Source of the DNA: Atractiella rhizophila
Lineage: Eukaryota
Direction of reading: 5' to 3'
Assembly: GCA_021432655.1 (NCBI GenBank)
Contig: MU271663.1
Location: forward strand, 1-33,807
DNA length: 33,807 bases
The position numbers and the translations under genes are program-made. Within the stretch, counting starts at the first letter, position 1; every line of letters begins with the position of its first letter. The notes under the pieces were generated by a model. It did no database searches and had not been told where the DNA came from. It was given only the letters and a program-made list of their open reading frames with translations. Shown here piece by piece: positions 1 to 11,866 of the stretch.

Positions 1-1096
1 GATCCTCGTTTTTGCGTGTTTTCTGGCTGCAGTGGCAATGTGAAGCTAAAGCGTCGAAAAGAAGGGTGGCAAAGGGCGAGAAAGGTCATCTTTTTTATGC
101 GTAATGGATCTGAACCGCTCGGCATGCCAGATGGTCGTCATCTGGTTAGTCTCACACTCAAAGCTTCGAAGCGAAGCGGAGGGGGGCCAGGTCATGAAGC
201 ATCGATTGGGAGGGGAAAATTCCAAAGAGGGAACAAGGTCAGGGACCGCTTATGAGCGTTCTCGAATTGTGGACGATGGAGATTTCGCTAGACCGTCATT
301 GAGATGGGCGAGATGCTGCCACGGTCCTACTAATAAGAGCCTTATCGCTAGGACATTAATACGAGGAGATCATTGCCAGTCAAAGAGGGGCACGGGCAGG
401 TGATTTGGGCAACATCTACTCTCAGCCCCTCAGTCATCGTGCTAAATGCATTTTCTCACAATTACCATCCCACCCAAACGCTCATTTGCCTAGCTTTGGA
501 GTCAACAAGATGATGGAATGATCCTGAAAATGATTCCTTTGCAGAATCATCGTGTTTCATTCCAGTTGCTGCAACAACCTTCTATGACATTGTCGCCACC
601 GTGTTTGATCTCCATTACTTGTTATGTAAGGACAGAGTTTCTTGATGAAAACGTTATTTTGTTTGCAAACATTGCCGCTGTGGGTTCTCCTCACATCATG
701 AGGGTAAGTGGTGGATGGGGATACCTGAAGCTGCAGGTGCTCGGAAGAGTAAAGTGCCCCTGCCAGCACTTGAAGGTACGGTTAAAGCGAAGCTGAACAT
801 TTAACATAACCTGACATCGTAATTGTATATCCAACAAAGCGAGCACTAGTAAGGAAGGACGAACGCCTGCTTTTGAAATGTAATGTTGAAGTGGTGGCAG
901 GGTGGCATGGGGAATAAACAACTGAAACGTCAATAACGGACACACATCATCCAAAGAAATGCCCAATCCAAAGAGAAGCTGAGCACTCAACGTACCCAAG
1001 TATACTGCTCAACCTGAAAGTCAATTACAACCCAAGCACGAATGATGACACAACAAATGAAACGACAAGCAAGCAGCCGAAGTTGATTAGCACATG

Positions 1097-2346
1097 TCAG
1101 ACGAGACTGGACGCACTGCTCGCTGGAGAATCCGCCTCCCTCCTGGTAGGGTTAGGAGAGATGCTCCTACTCTTCCTAATTAGCTGTTCCCTTTCCTGCA
1201 CCTGTTCCTCATCCATCTCTGCCCCAAAACAAGGACAACAAATCACTCCCACAAAACCCAGCAAAGTCTTGAAGAAATCCCAATCCGACAATCCAGGGAC
1301 CTCCTCTGCTACTCCCGTTCCATTTTGACGTTGCGAACCGCGCATAGGGCTCGGACTCGCGGCTCCCCTCACGCTCCCATACCCCCTCAACATGCCTCTA
1401 AATGGTCCTCTCCCATCATCCCTCCGTCTCCCCTTCTTCTTCCTATACAACTGTTCCGCGATCAAATCGTGATAGCTCTCCCTCCCTCCCGGTCTCCCAA
1501 ATGCCGACCTGGGGTCCTCAGTCGCGTCTCCGAACCAGGGACGGGTCGGTTTATCGCGCGGTCCGGAGAGGGGAGCGAAGATGGAGGAGCAGGGAGAGGA
1601 GGAGCGAGATGCGACGGCGGAGGAGACGACTGATTGAGCTTTTGAGGCTGATTTTAAGGATGGTGGATGGGATTGGGAGTGGGTCGATATCGTTGGAGAG
1701 GGCATCGATGAGGTCCCTCCTTCGCCGGCTGATGAGGGGAGGAAGCCGGTGGTGCTGAAGAAAAGCGAGTCCATCACCTTCCCGCTGCTTCCAGAAGCTG
1801 TGGTCGAGGGACGACGTGAGGAGGAAGGACGCGAAGATGGTGTCGGAGGTTCGCTCGTCGGCCGCGAGTTTGGTTGAGAATGGGACTGTGAATGCATGAC
1901 GGCGTTGGAAGGGAGAGCGATCGGGAATGGGATCGGCTTCCTACGAGTCGACCTCCCCTTGCGCGTAGGGACGTTAACGCCCCCCGTGATCCGTACGGTG
2001 TCTGAGAACGAGATACGGGGCTTGTGGCCTTGCGTTAGAGAAATGGGAAGATGTCACAGCTCAGGTCAGCGTCAGTGGAAATAATGGAGGTCGATGAAAG
2101 CGCACGGATGGTGTCTTGCTCCGTTCCCGTCGTGTCGACACCTTTTGAATCTTTTGGAGGAGTGTGATGGTGTGAATATCCCTCGTCTTCGTCGGAAGCA
2201 TCTTTGGGAAACTCCATTGCTGTTGCAGTTGTTTCGGGAGCCAGTGCCCCGATGAGAGTTCCTGCGGTCATTTTGGAGTTTCGAGCGCTGGCTGTTTCAA
2301 ATTTCGCAGTCAGAATCAGTTTTGGGACGAATGGCCATCCTCGCAT
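1097..2346 (-). CDS. Hypothetical Ser/Pro-rich protein, 2 exons
   Basis: ORFs 2035-2346 and 1097-1897 join in frame through an intron at 2029-2105 (GTGCGC donor, CTGAC/CTAAC branch candidates, AAG acceptor), giving ...DTIRHKPRISFSDTVRITGG...SRSSSPCSSIFAPL...ICCPCFG. The start Met is uncertain. Confidence 0.65.
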
Positions 2347-3020
2347 AATTGCAGCGACTTTTCATAGTCCGCAAGTCTCATAAATTGACGGAATTCAGCG
2401 AGACGTGATAATTAGATAATTCGGGAATCGAACAGCTATTCTCTCCTTGTGGCTGGAAACACTCACAGTAGACCGAGCACAGTCGAGCAATTCGCAGCGT
2501 AGGTGGACTTTCTCAGCGCTTCTTGCAGGATATCTAACCAAAGTCGCGATGAACCTGGTTGCCCAACGTTCACGTCGTTGTCAAAATAAAGTTTCATCAA
2601 CAGGACCCGCGAATTGTGGAGCGGGTGTGCCGGGGCCTTCCGGACGGGATCCAGACCAACTTCAACCACTCAAGACAGCTTCACATTAGACCCAAGTTTA
2701 TACCTCTAGTTTCCGCGTTGTGGCCTTCTCTGGAGCAACGATATAATATTTAGGGGCGTTGAGAGAGGTATCTACATCTGAAGGTGAGCCCTCCTGCAAT
2801 TATTTGTCCAATTGGTAAAGATGTCACTATCGATGCAACGATGCATTGCTTTCACCTATATCTTTCAAGCAAGGGGAGGCGGCATTTTGAAGTGCCTCAG
2901 AGCTCTGCAGATGCATTCTGGAATCAAAGACCAACTCAGTTTTGTCTCCAACAAAGCTAGTGTCAAGAGCTATTCATCAGGACCTGTTGCTGATTATGCA
3001 AAGCGAACAGTCTCAGCAGC

Positions 3021-4034
3021 ATGTCGAGCTTCCAACACGACATCCTCACCCGTCTACAGACACGAGATACACGGGAAAAGCTCTTCTTCGAGATCATCTC
3101 CCACTACCGCGCGCTCTCGCTCAAACTCGGTACACTCCGAGAACGGAACGCATCTCTCCTCCGAGTGGGCAAGTCGAGCGGCGCCAACCCATCCTCCGTC
3201 ACCAGCGGTTCAAGCGGGGCTGACGACGGAGCGCGTTCCGCGTTGATTGTGGACCTGGAGGCACAGTTGAAGAAGATGCGGGACGAGCTGAGCGAGAGTT
3301 ATAAGGTGCAGGGACAGAATGCACAACGGTTGCTTGTCATGAATGAGAGTTTGAGGACGACGGAGGAGAGGAGTAGGGAGCAGGAGGACGAGTTGAGGGC
3401 GGTTAGAGCCGAGTTGGAGAGGTTGAGGACGAGGTGTGACGGATTAGAGGGGAAGGTGAGAGAGAAGGATGGGTACATCCAGGTATGTACTTGGCTTCGT
3501 TTGGATTTGGGGGATGAGATGGGTAGGAAAGTGGCTTTTGAGCTGGGAAGTAGCTCATTAATGGCAAGGAGGCACATCGAGCCTGCAGTTGCTGATTTGC
3601 CGACGATTATGAGCATCCAATTCCTCTTTTCATCTCTCTCGGCTCAAAAGCTGAAAATTTGATTTTGTGTTACGTCGTCTGAAGGGATAAATGGCGTCTA
3701 ACTACTCTTTCTTCAATAGAAACAACAAGACGACCTCACAACAGCCAACCTCGAAGTGGACCAACTGCAAGCGCGTAACGAGGCGCTACAAGAGGACAAT
3801 GCGACGTTACTGAAGCGTTGGCTGGAGCGGATGAACGACGAGGCATCACGGATGAACGGTATGACGCCCTTTAATGAAACAAACTGAAGTAGGAGAGAGA
3901 ATGACGTGCTTTTTTTGGGAATAGATGCTTTTGAGAACGAGTCTGAAAAGTTGGAGAAGGAGAAGAAGGAAAAAGAGAAGGAGAGAGATGAGAGAGAGAC
4001 GACGCCTAGGAATAGCGTGGCTGATGATTCATGA
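3021..4034 (+). CDS. ATG16: Autophagy protein 16 (short fungal type, coiled coil)
   Basis: Exons 3021-3482, 3720-3858 and 3925-4034 with canonical GT-AG introns. N-terminal helix (FQHDILTRLQTRD), long coiled coil with ELSESYKVQGQNAQRLL, and the C-terminal EDNATLLKRWLERMNDEASRMN motif typical of fungal Atg16. Confidence 0.85.
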
Positions 4035-4919
4035 TCCAGTCTGTCATTCACCTCTTCCGTCCCACCATTTGTTTATCCCTTTCCTCAAGCAAGCTGTCTT
4101 AGGCGGAGTATACCTCTACTCGGACTCTGCTAATTGACGGATTTGTTGATCTGAGCTTTCTGCTGTCTGCCACAACTAGCTTCGACCTTCTTATGTATTG
4201 AATATTTGTGTCAATATTGATTCGTTAGCAGTAGCACTTGTCGTTTAGGAAATGAGATTAATGCCATCTTGGATTTTAATAAAGCGACCTGACGTCCTCC
4301 CATCGTGAATGCATCATTAATCATTGCCTGCATTATTACATCCTCCAATCTTGAATCTTGAAGCGAGCAATCATACCACGTGACGTAATCCTGGCCCCTC
4401 AGCACTAAACTTGGAAACTAACCCCTTTCTTTCTTCTCTTGCTCTTGTAAGTCGAACGTTCACTTTCCAACTCAGCTCAACTTGTTTCCTCAGCTTCAGT
4501 TATGAGATCCAGCTAGCACACACTGTCTGTTCTCTCTTAGTACTCAGTCCGGCTGATGTCCTGATCAGTGGCTATGGGCATAGTTTGTAGACAAGACTCC
4601 TTAGACGACTCACGACAATAACGACTCCTCCTGCCGACTTACTGCAAGGAACGATGGATTATGCTTACCATAATTCCAGACAAGATCCATCAGTGGCGGA
4701 GACCGAAATCCATGAAGCGAACCTGCATGACCTTGTCCCTTCAGCCTATCCAGCTCATCCAGAAACGTCTGCGCAATCCCATCACGACAATCAACGCGAG
4801 CCGTATGTTCCACGTCGGTGGGATAATGACCCTCAAGATTCCTTTGACCACTCGCGGAGAGGGAGGCGAGGAAGACGGTAAGGGCGTGAAAACTACCACG
4901 ATCCACAGGGTCCTGGCAA

Positions 4920-7900
4920 GTATCATGGGGGGTGTAGGAGCCTAGCTGCTATTCTAACTGTAACTGGCCGACAACAACGACTACCCGGTAAGCGAAGAAG
5001 AGGAAGAAGGCCGGTGGCGGTGTTGTTGACGTGGTAGGAAGTAGGTAGAAGCCTCGGGGCTGTTGTCCTTACTGGTAAGGGGGGTCTGACGCAAGCACCT
5101 TCTATTGAACAGGAATCACGCTGCCAAGGGCGTTGTCTCACCCCGCTCCTTCTTATGCATCTCTCACTACTCCTCTCTCTGATACCTTTCCTACATCTCC
5201 CTTATAACCCGCTTCCACGGAACTCGACCGCCAAAGAGAAACCCAAACTAGTCGATGTGTGATGTATAGTCAAGACGCCAAAGCTAAACCTTCTTCCCTG
5301 CACCTCCCTTCTAGACTGACTGGTAACTGGGAGGGTGTCGAGGCTGATCGTGCGGATTGAGGGTATACTCGAGCTTGGTGGCGTTGCAGGTGGAGAAGGT
5401 AGGTGGTCACTGATGATTAGAGGGGGAAAATAGGCAGGGCGAAGAGGAAGCTTAGAGAGAGGAGTTGGAGAAGAGGAGTGAGTAGCCGAGTAGTGGTAGA
5501 AGAAGTAGGGGTTCTGATATAGCAGGAGAGCCTGAGCAGCAGCTGCCTGGGAAGCCATAGAAGAGGAATAGCAAGCTTCCGCAGCGAGCAACTCTCCCTC
5601 TCGGCTTGAGTCGAAGGTTGTAGAAATCGGCGAACCTTACAAACGACGAGCTTCGCCGCATTCCTCCACCTATCTGTAGGAGAAGGGGAAGGTGTAGAGG
5701 AGCGGGTACCGGAACTGAGCTTTGAGCGTCCACAAAGTACTTTACCTAACGGAGGTTTAGGCTGTGGACTAACGGTTAAGCGGCCAAAAAGGAGGTGGGG
5801 GTTAAAGAAGAAGAGAAAGAAGGGATACAGGAGGTTAAGGAGAAGGGTTCCACGGGAAGAGAGGAGTTAGTAGGCGAGGCGTTGGAAGTTGTAGGGTTAG
5901 AGAGGTATTGGTCGAGCTTTGCCTAGGGGTAGGAAGAAGAAGGGAGGAAATAGGGAGGGCGAGGAGAATTTGGCCCGTAGCAGTAGGCTTAGCGAGGGGT
6001 TCGGAAGTAGTTAGTACGAGAGGGGTAGGAGAAGGGAGTGTAGGTCTATGACAAGGCCGGAGGCCTTCTGAAGTTTGAGCAAGCAGGCGGCGAAGAGAAA
6101 GAAGGAGGAGGGGAGGTTTTAGCCCTGGTTTAACTCCATGCTGCAGCTCCCACTGTGCAGACGGTACGACAGAGAGGGAAGGTGCGCGCTCTCGTACCCC
6201 TCCTACTTCTTGCCCTCACCCTCGGCTTACACGGAGACTTCCATCGCCCAATCCACACGGCGAGCGTGAACCCTAGCTCCCACCCCCTCCCCTACGCATC
6301 TCTGCCTCACCTCCCTCCCTACACCGCCACACTCCCGCCCTACCTCCTCTCACCTACACACCACCTCCACGCTTCCCCTACCCAGCTAACCCTAGCTTAA
6401 CGGGAAGAACAAGAAGACGAAGGCTTCCGCTCTCACCCCATATGCTGGAAAGTTTGGGAAGGCCTCCACTTATGCCAGCTCGTAGGTAGAGCATAAGAAC
6501 ACCTACTGCCAACTCTACACCCACAACCCTTATGCTTCGCATACCTAGTCATGCTCCTCAATATGGTGCCACTCTCCCCTAGCTACCCAAGTTATGCCTC
6601 ACGCCCTCCAACCCCTCCCTTATCAAGCCAACTACACCTCCTACCTTCGCGCCTAACGAAAGAGCGAGTGGCTTGCCAGAAACGACTACTACTGCTCTTC
6701 TGCATCCAAGCATCCTCATAGAGCTAGAGCGAGCGAGCCTGCTCCTTCCTCCTCCCAACCTGTAGGCGGCACTAACCCCGACTCCTCCACTAGCGGCAAG
6801 TAGGAGGAGGACGCTATCTCCTACACCATCTACGCCATTTACTCTCCACCTATGCATTGGCTCCCCTATCCTCCAGCCTACTACGACAACTCCTACCCTA
6901 CCCATACCTATACTTGCAACTCTTACAACGCTCACGCTCACACTAACCCTCCCTCCTCTTCACTTAGGGGACGAACCCCCTGGCGAACAAGACCAAAACC
7001 TTCTTCCGCCGTTCCGACGAGAGTGCGCACTGAGACTGGTGCAGACGCTGAGACGACCCATCGAGGAGGAAAGCAAGAGTTGCATTAGTATGCGGAGAAG
7101 TTGCCAGGCTGGCATAAGCTGAAGGGAGCCACTTAGTATGAGGGAGGAAAGCAGTAGGCCGCCTTCGCCCTACCCTATCCTCAGAGCAGAGAGGGAGGCA
7201 GGATTTGCTCGAACTCGCGACATTCTCACACGACCATGTAGCAGTATCNNNNNNNNNNNNNNNNNNNNNNNNNNNNNNNNNNNNNNNNNNNNNNNNNNNN
7301 NNNNNNNNNNNNNAAGCTTTCCTCGTTTAGTCTTTACTTCGCTTAGGTTCTCAGGCATCCACATGTCAAGCACTGTCATTCCTGTGCAAGGAGAACGAGG
7401 TATTATTATGACCCTACTTTTTCCAGGAACCTAACCTTTACCCCATGATCTAGTACCCTGGCGTCCCCTTTATATTTCCTAGTTGGCCCTGCCCTAACTG
7501 ATGAGGACGAGTACAGCTACTTCAGCTTCTAATACGATGGCTTGTCTCTCTATCGCTCTTCCTGTGATCTGCGCGCACGCTTCAACATGGTTAGCGTGGA
7601 CTAGCAGGGGTTGGTAGTCTTGGTCTCGCAGTGGACAAATCGCCACCCCTTGAATGGTGGGGAGCTTACGAGGACTTCCTGTCGAGACGGGTTACGGCTA
7701 TCAGTTCTACCGCAGGAGGTCGGCTTTCCTCCTTCTCCTCTTACAGGGTTTACTGACGCTAGAAGTCGACTGCGGAAGGCACGAAGGTTATGAGCTACTC
7801 TCAACTCTGGCTTTAGACCTCTAGGAACAAGCCCAGGAAGAAAACGAGGAGAGAGACATAAACGGTGCTTAGAAGCGACAGCCAAAGGAGGAGGTGACAG

Positions 7901-8000
7901 GCATAGACACTGGGAGCTCGCGAATAGCTTTGGCATGTGTAGAAGAAGAAGGAGTAGACGCGAGAGTCAGCGAGGGTATATAGGGCTAGTTGCAATATAT
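4920..8000 (+). pseudogene. Hypermutated (RIP-like) degenerate coding block, probably a repeat or transposon remnant of unidentified family
   Basis: Strong TAG/CTA excess (12 TAG in 5881-6060; 8 CTA in 6841-6960). Protein-like + frames are interrupted by TAG/TAA/TGA, each explicable by one transition. It spans an assembly gap. Boundaries are approximate and no recognisable transposase or RT motif was seen. Confidence 0.6.
7249..7313. other. Assembly gap (65 N)
   Basis: Run of N in the sequence. Confidence 1.
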
Positions 8001-8193
8001 TGCTGTCTATAGTTGTTTGCTACGAACACGACTACTAATCATCATTTCATCAAGTGCACATTGGCAAGTTCACTACAGCTTTGTGTCAATGTCTGCCTTC
8101 TTCCCGTTCATACCTTCAACCAAAAAATTGGCCATATTTTTGATTGCCCAATATGGATCATTAAAGGGTCCATCCGGGGATACAATGTGAGCA

Positions 8194-10200
8194 TTAGGTA
8201 AGACCCTTCAAACGAAAGAAATCGTCAGATATCTCTTTAAATATGATGTGACAGCGAGGAACGAACCAATCATAAAGACACCAGTCGTGCGCCGCGCCAG
8301 GCTTCTTCAGACCTATCACTTTTACACCAGCACTCTCTGCCATGCCAATCCATCGCTCGATATCGTCTCTCAAACACTCCTTTTCTCCCCATAACACCAT
8401 TACTCGTTCTGGCATGGCGTCCTTGATCCAATCCAAATCGGTTTCTGGGACCATGGAGGGATCAACATATGGATTGGCGAGGATGGCTCGGGTGGATTTG
8501 TCGTAAGGGGAAGAGGAGAGGAAGGCGGAGAGGTTTGTTTTGCGGGAGGCGAAGAGGAAAGAAATAGCAGATGAATGAGGCGAGACGGGATGACCAACGT
8601 AAGCCAGCGAAGCAGCGATGAGACAGCTACACATCACGGTTCGCATCAGTCTCATCTTTCCAGTTGTGTGAAAGAGGGAAACAGACTGGGCGTCCACAAA
8701 ATCATATTTTTCGTTTTCCACCCGTGAAGGGCTATCCCTCGTAAAGCCCAAATAAGGTGAAATAAGAATGGAGCTTCCTGGTTTTGGTACGTCCTCCATA
8801 TGTTCTCCTATGTTCAGACCCTTCTCTGCATCTATGTACGGGCGACTTCTCATCATCAAGGCAGAAATGGCCGCGTTTCCGCCTGCAGAATCGCCCTGAA
8901 TACAAGATCTTTATTACGACTCGTTTAAAAGAGAGGAGAAACGTACGGAGATGCAAATTCGAGAAGGGTCAATACCCAGTTTGAGTAGGTATCGATAGCC
9001 TTCCAAGGCTTCAAAAGGAGCAGAGGGAAAAGGGTGTTCCGGAGCGAGAACTGCGAGGCTTTAGATGAACGAAGAAGGGAATTGTATACAACCTACCATA
9101 CTGCACCTGGAAAACGCTAAACTTCACCCCTTTCACTTCATTCATGTATTTGACTAACTCAAGGAAGAACGTCTGAGCTGGGCCTCCGGTGTCACAAACA
9201 AAACCGCCGCCTGCAAGCCAAATCAGTCATCCGCCCTTTTTTGCAAATGAAGTGAAACAACGCACCATGGATGAAATAAAAGACTATGTCATCTCCTTTC
9301 CTTTCCGTTTCCGCAGTCCCAGGTCGTGCAATCCATGTCCCTTCTACTGCTGTCTGTGCATCCTTCACCTCCCTCCTCCACGGTCCATACTCCTTATTGA
9401 TTCGATCAGGTTTCGCCGCATTGATTTTGTACGCTAAAGGACCGTGGATGGCTCGAACCTGCTCAATGGTGCCATAGGACATGATCCATCGATTGAGTAT
9501 GGAGATGGGGAGTGTGGACCATGGACGGGGAAACTTGTAGAGAAGGAGAAATTTGAGGACGGACAGGGGTAGAGAAGCAACTGGACCCGTTCACAGTTAG
9601 TGAGAAGGAATGCCGAATGATAGAATTTCCTGAGGTAGAAGCTAACGACAAAGACATCTGCACGCTCCTCGTTCACCTTATTAGGAAAGGGCAAACGAAT
9701 ACACTTTCACCAGACCAGGTTATCTGTCAGACAAGGAGCACCGTTTAATTATATTTAGCATGCTCACTGAACTGCTGAAGAAGCGAGCATTTTGCCCCGA
9801 ATATTGCTGGTATTGACGGTAATTCAATTCGTGTTAAGAGCCAAAGCACTTGCCCAGTTTCTCTATTTGTCAAAATCAAAGCAGGAACATAAATTGATCC
9901 AATACAGACTCTTTGGGAATTCAAGAAGGTGAAAGGAGAAAGCTGTTCGTCTCTGATTCTGAGAAGCAGCATGCCTTGGAACCTGCTTCCAGGCATGGAT
10001 CGAACTCCATCACGCTCAAGGGAAAGACAACATTGCGATTTGCAGCTTCTTTTTGGATTGGTATATGAAGTTTTTATGGGGAAATGCTCACATCCAAATA
10101 TCAAGAGCCAGAAAAAGTCCAACTTCCCTGCCCAAGACAACGTCCTGTCCCTCTTCTCTGCCCTCAGTTGTTGTAGCAAACTATCACGAAGCGCTGTCAT
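8194..10200 (-). CDS. Alpha/beta hydrolase, hormone-sensitive-lipase/SAY1-like esterase, multi-exon
   Basis: Oxyanion motif FYFIHG|GGF split by an intron (~9200-9265), LAPEHPFP, nucleophile motif GDSAGGN (~8880-8896), ILISPY, GEKECLRDDI and catalytic His in GAAHDW. Stop at 8194. The 5' exon structure is uncertain. Confidence 0.85.
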
Positions 10201-10527
10201 GTCGTCGTTTTGGTCCTACTTTCGAGTAGCACCACGTATGAAACCCTCAGTGTGCGTTTTATGTTGTTCTTGCGGTAAACTTGTTGAGTGGGTTAATGCG
10301 GGAACGGGAAGTTGCCGATGACAGGTTTGCCGGATACCGGAGCGCATTTCGATCTCAAGAAGAAATCAGGTTTGCTTTGAAAAGAAATATTGCCAACCAG
10401 CATGGTCTGGTCGTTGGTGGGGTGAGAACATGAAAAGATATCTATGATCCGGCTTTGATTTGCAGAAGAACCACCCGACATCAATGATGGAGCAGGTGAT
10501 GGTCAATGCATGCATTGCAAAATGCAA

Positions 10528-11866
10528 CTAAGCAACCACGACGCTCCAATCACTCGGGATCTGTCCTAGCTGCCTACCAACAATTTCTCGCAACATGGCT
10601 CTTGAGAAGTCTCCTAGACCATCCTGTCCTACAGGGACTTCATAATCCTGATTCTTGTACCTACACATGCAACAATTTAGCCCGGACGCTCAAATCGGAG
10701 TGCAGATAGGTAGTAACGCACCCAATGTTCCTCACGCTCGTTACAACGGCCGCCGTTCCACATCCGAACATCTCCTGCAACCTCCCAGCTTCGCTTAATC
10801 GCACGACTTCAGGCATTGTGATCTTGCGCTCAGACACTCTTATGCGCTCTGGGATCCCTGAGATCTTTATCTGCCCGGATGCGTGTTCACGGAGCAGGCT
10901 GAGTATTGAGTCGCGCGTCACGCCCTCCAGGACAGTGTCTGCCAGTGGGGGCGTGACAACTTCGGTTACTTTTGCCAACACGCAGGATCAGTTTGGCTCT
11001 CGACTTGAATGAAGGATATGGGAACGGGAGACAAACCTCCATCCTCGCCTTGAACAACCACGAACAAATTCATGGCCCCAACCTCCGTCAATTGGTGTTC
11101 GTCTCCTTGCAACCACAGTATCTGCTGATACCCCTTCAAACTAGCTTCGAGAGCGGGCTGGATTGTGGCAGCATAATTCGCGCCAAGTTTGTGTCCTCCA
11201 GTACCTCCAGGCCATGCGCGAACCTGCTCGGTAGTCGCTAGAAGGGAGATGGGTTTAAAACCCGTTTTGTAATAGGGACCAACGGGCGAGAGAATGGTGA
11301 AAAGGAGAGTCTCCGTTGGTGGATGCAGTCCAACTTTCGGAGTGGTGCTGATCATCGTTGGACGGATGTAGAGGGAGTAGCCGGGGAGAGTGGGAATCCA
11401 CTTTTTGTCAAGGGAGAGGAGCCTTTTCAGACATGCAATGTAATTGTCACCAGTAAATGACTAGTCATCCGAGTCCAATAAACCTGTAGTCAATTCTCTG
11501 CTAGTCCAGGAACAAACTGAAACGTACCGGGAAGCCCAACCGCTTTGCGCTCTTGTTCAGCCTCTTCATATTCAAGTCCGGCCTAAAGATCCTTATTTTC
11601 CCCTGCGCATCGACGTAGGCTTTCATGCCTTCAAAGCACGTGTTAGCGTAATGCAATACGCTTGTTGACGGGTCCATTGCCATTGGGCCATAAGGATGAA
11701 TTCGTGGTGCATGCCAACCCGTCCGTTGGTCCCAAGAGATGGACAGCATATGGTCCGAGAAGGTGGAGCCAAAGGTGAGCGTCTCTGGTGGAGGGATGGG
11801 CTTTGGCTGGGCATTTTGCTCGATAGTTAACGACGCGGGCTGAAATGCGCAAATTGTCAGCAACAT
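10528..11866 (-). CDS. BAT1: Branched-chain amino acid aminotransferase (PLP fold type IV), multi-exon
   Basis: Motifs FGSTFSDHML, LHYANTCFEGMKAY, FRPDLNMKRL, LYIRPTMI, PLP-lysine GGHKLGANY, EVGAMNLF, LEGVTRDS and EMFGCGTAA. The last exon ends ...IPSDWSVVVA with TAG at 10528-10530. The first exon and start codon were not resolved. Confidence 0.92.

Noticed and set aside
1..1000. Short ORFs at 16-999
   Set aside because: No recognisable motifs or consistent splice model; treated as intergenic or UTR sequence.
4377..4386. Overlapping CACGTG / TGACGT (E-box/CRE-like) motif
   Set aside because: Short motifs are expected by chance and no target gene is evident.
4610..4945. Overlapping ORFs on both strands at the left edge of the degenerate block
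   Set aside because: Could be the start of the decayed element, but no family or coding strand can be assigned.
5342..7985. Alternative genetic code (TAG reassigned) as the explanation for the in-frame stops
   Set aside because: TAA and TGA also interrupt the frames, and host genes (BCAT, RAD51) use TAG as a normal stop.
7986..8003. CTAG next to the palindrome GCAATATATTGC as a possible Helitron 3' end
   Set aside because: The palindrome is AT-rich, the spacing is wrong for a Helitron terminus, and no RepHel motifs are seen.
8194..11866. Hydrolase plus aminotransferase as a biosynthetic gene cluster
   Set aside because: No backbone enzyme, transporter or regulator is nearby; adjacency alone is insufficient.
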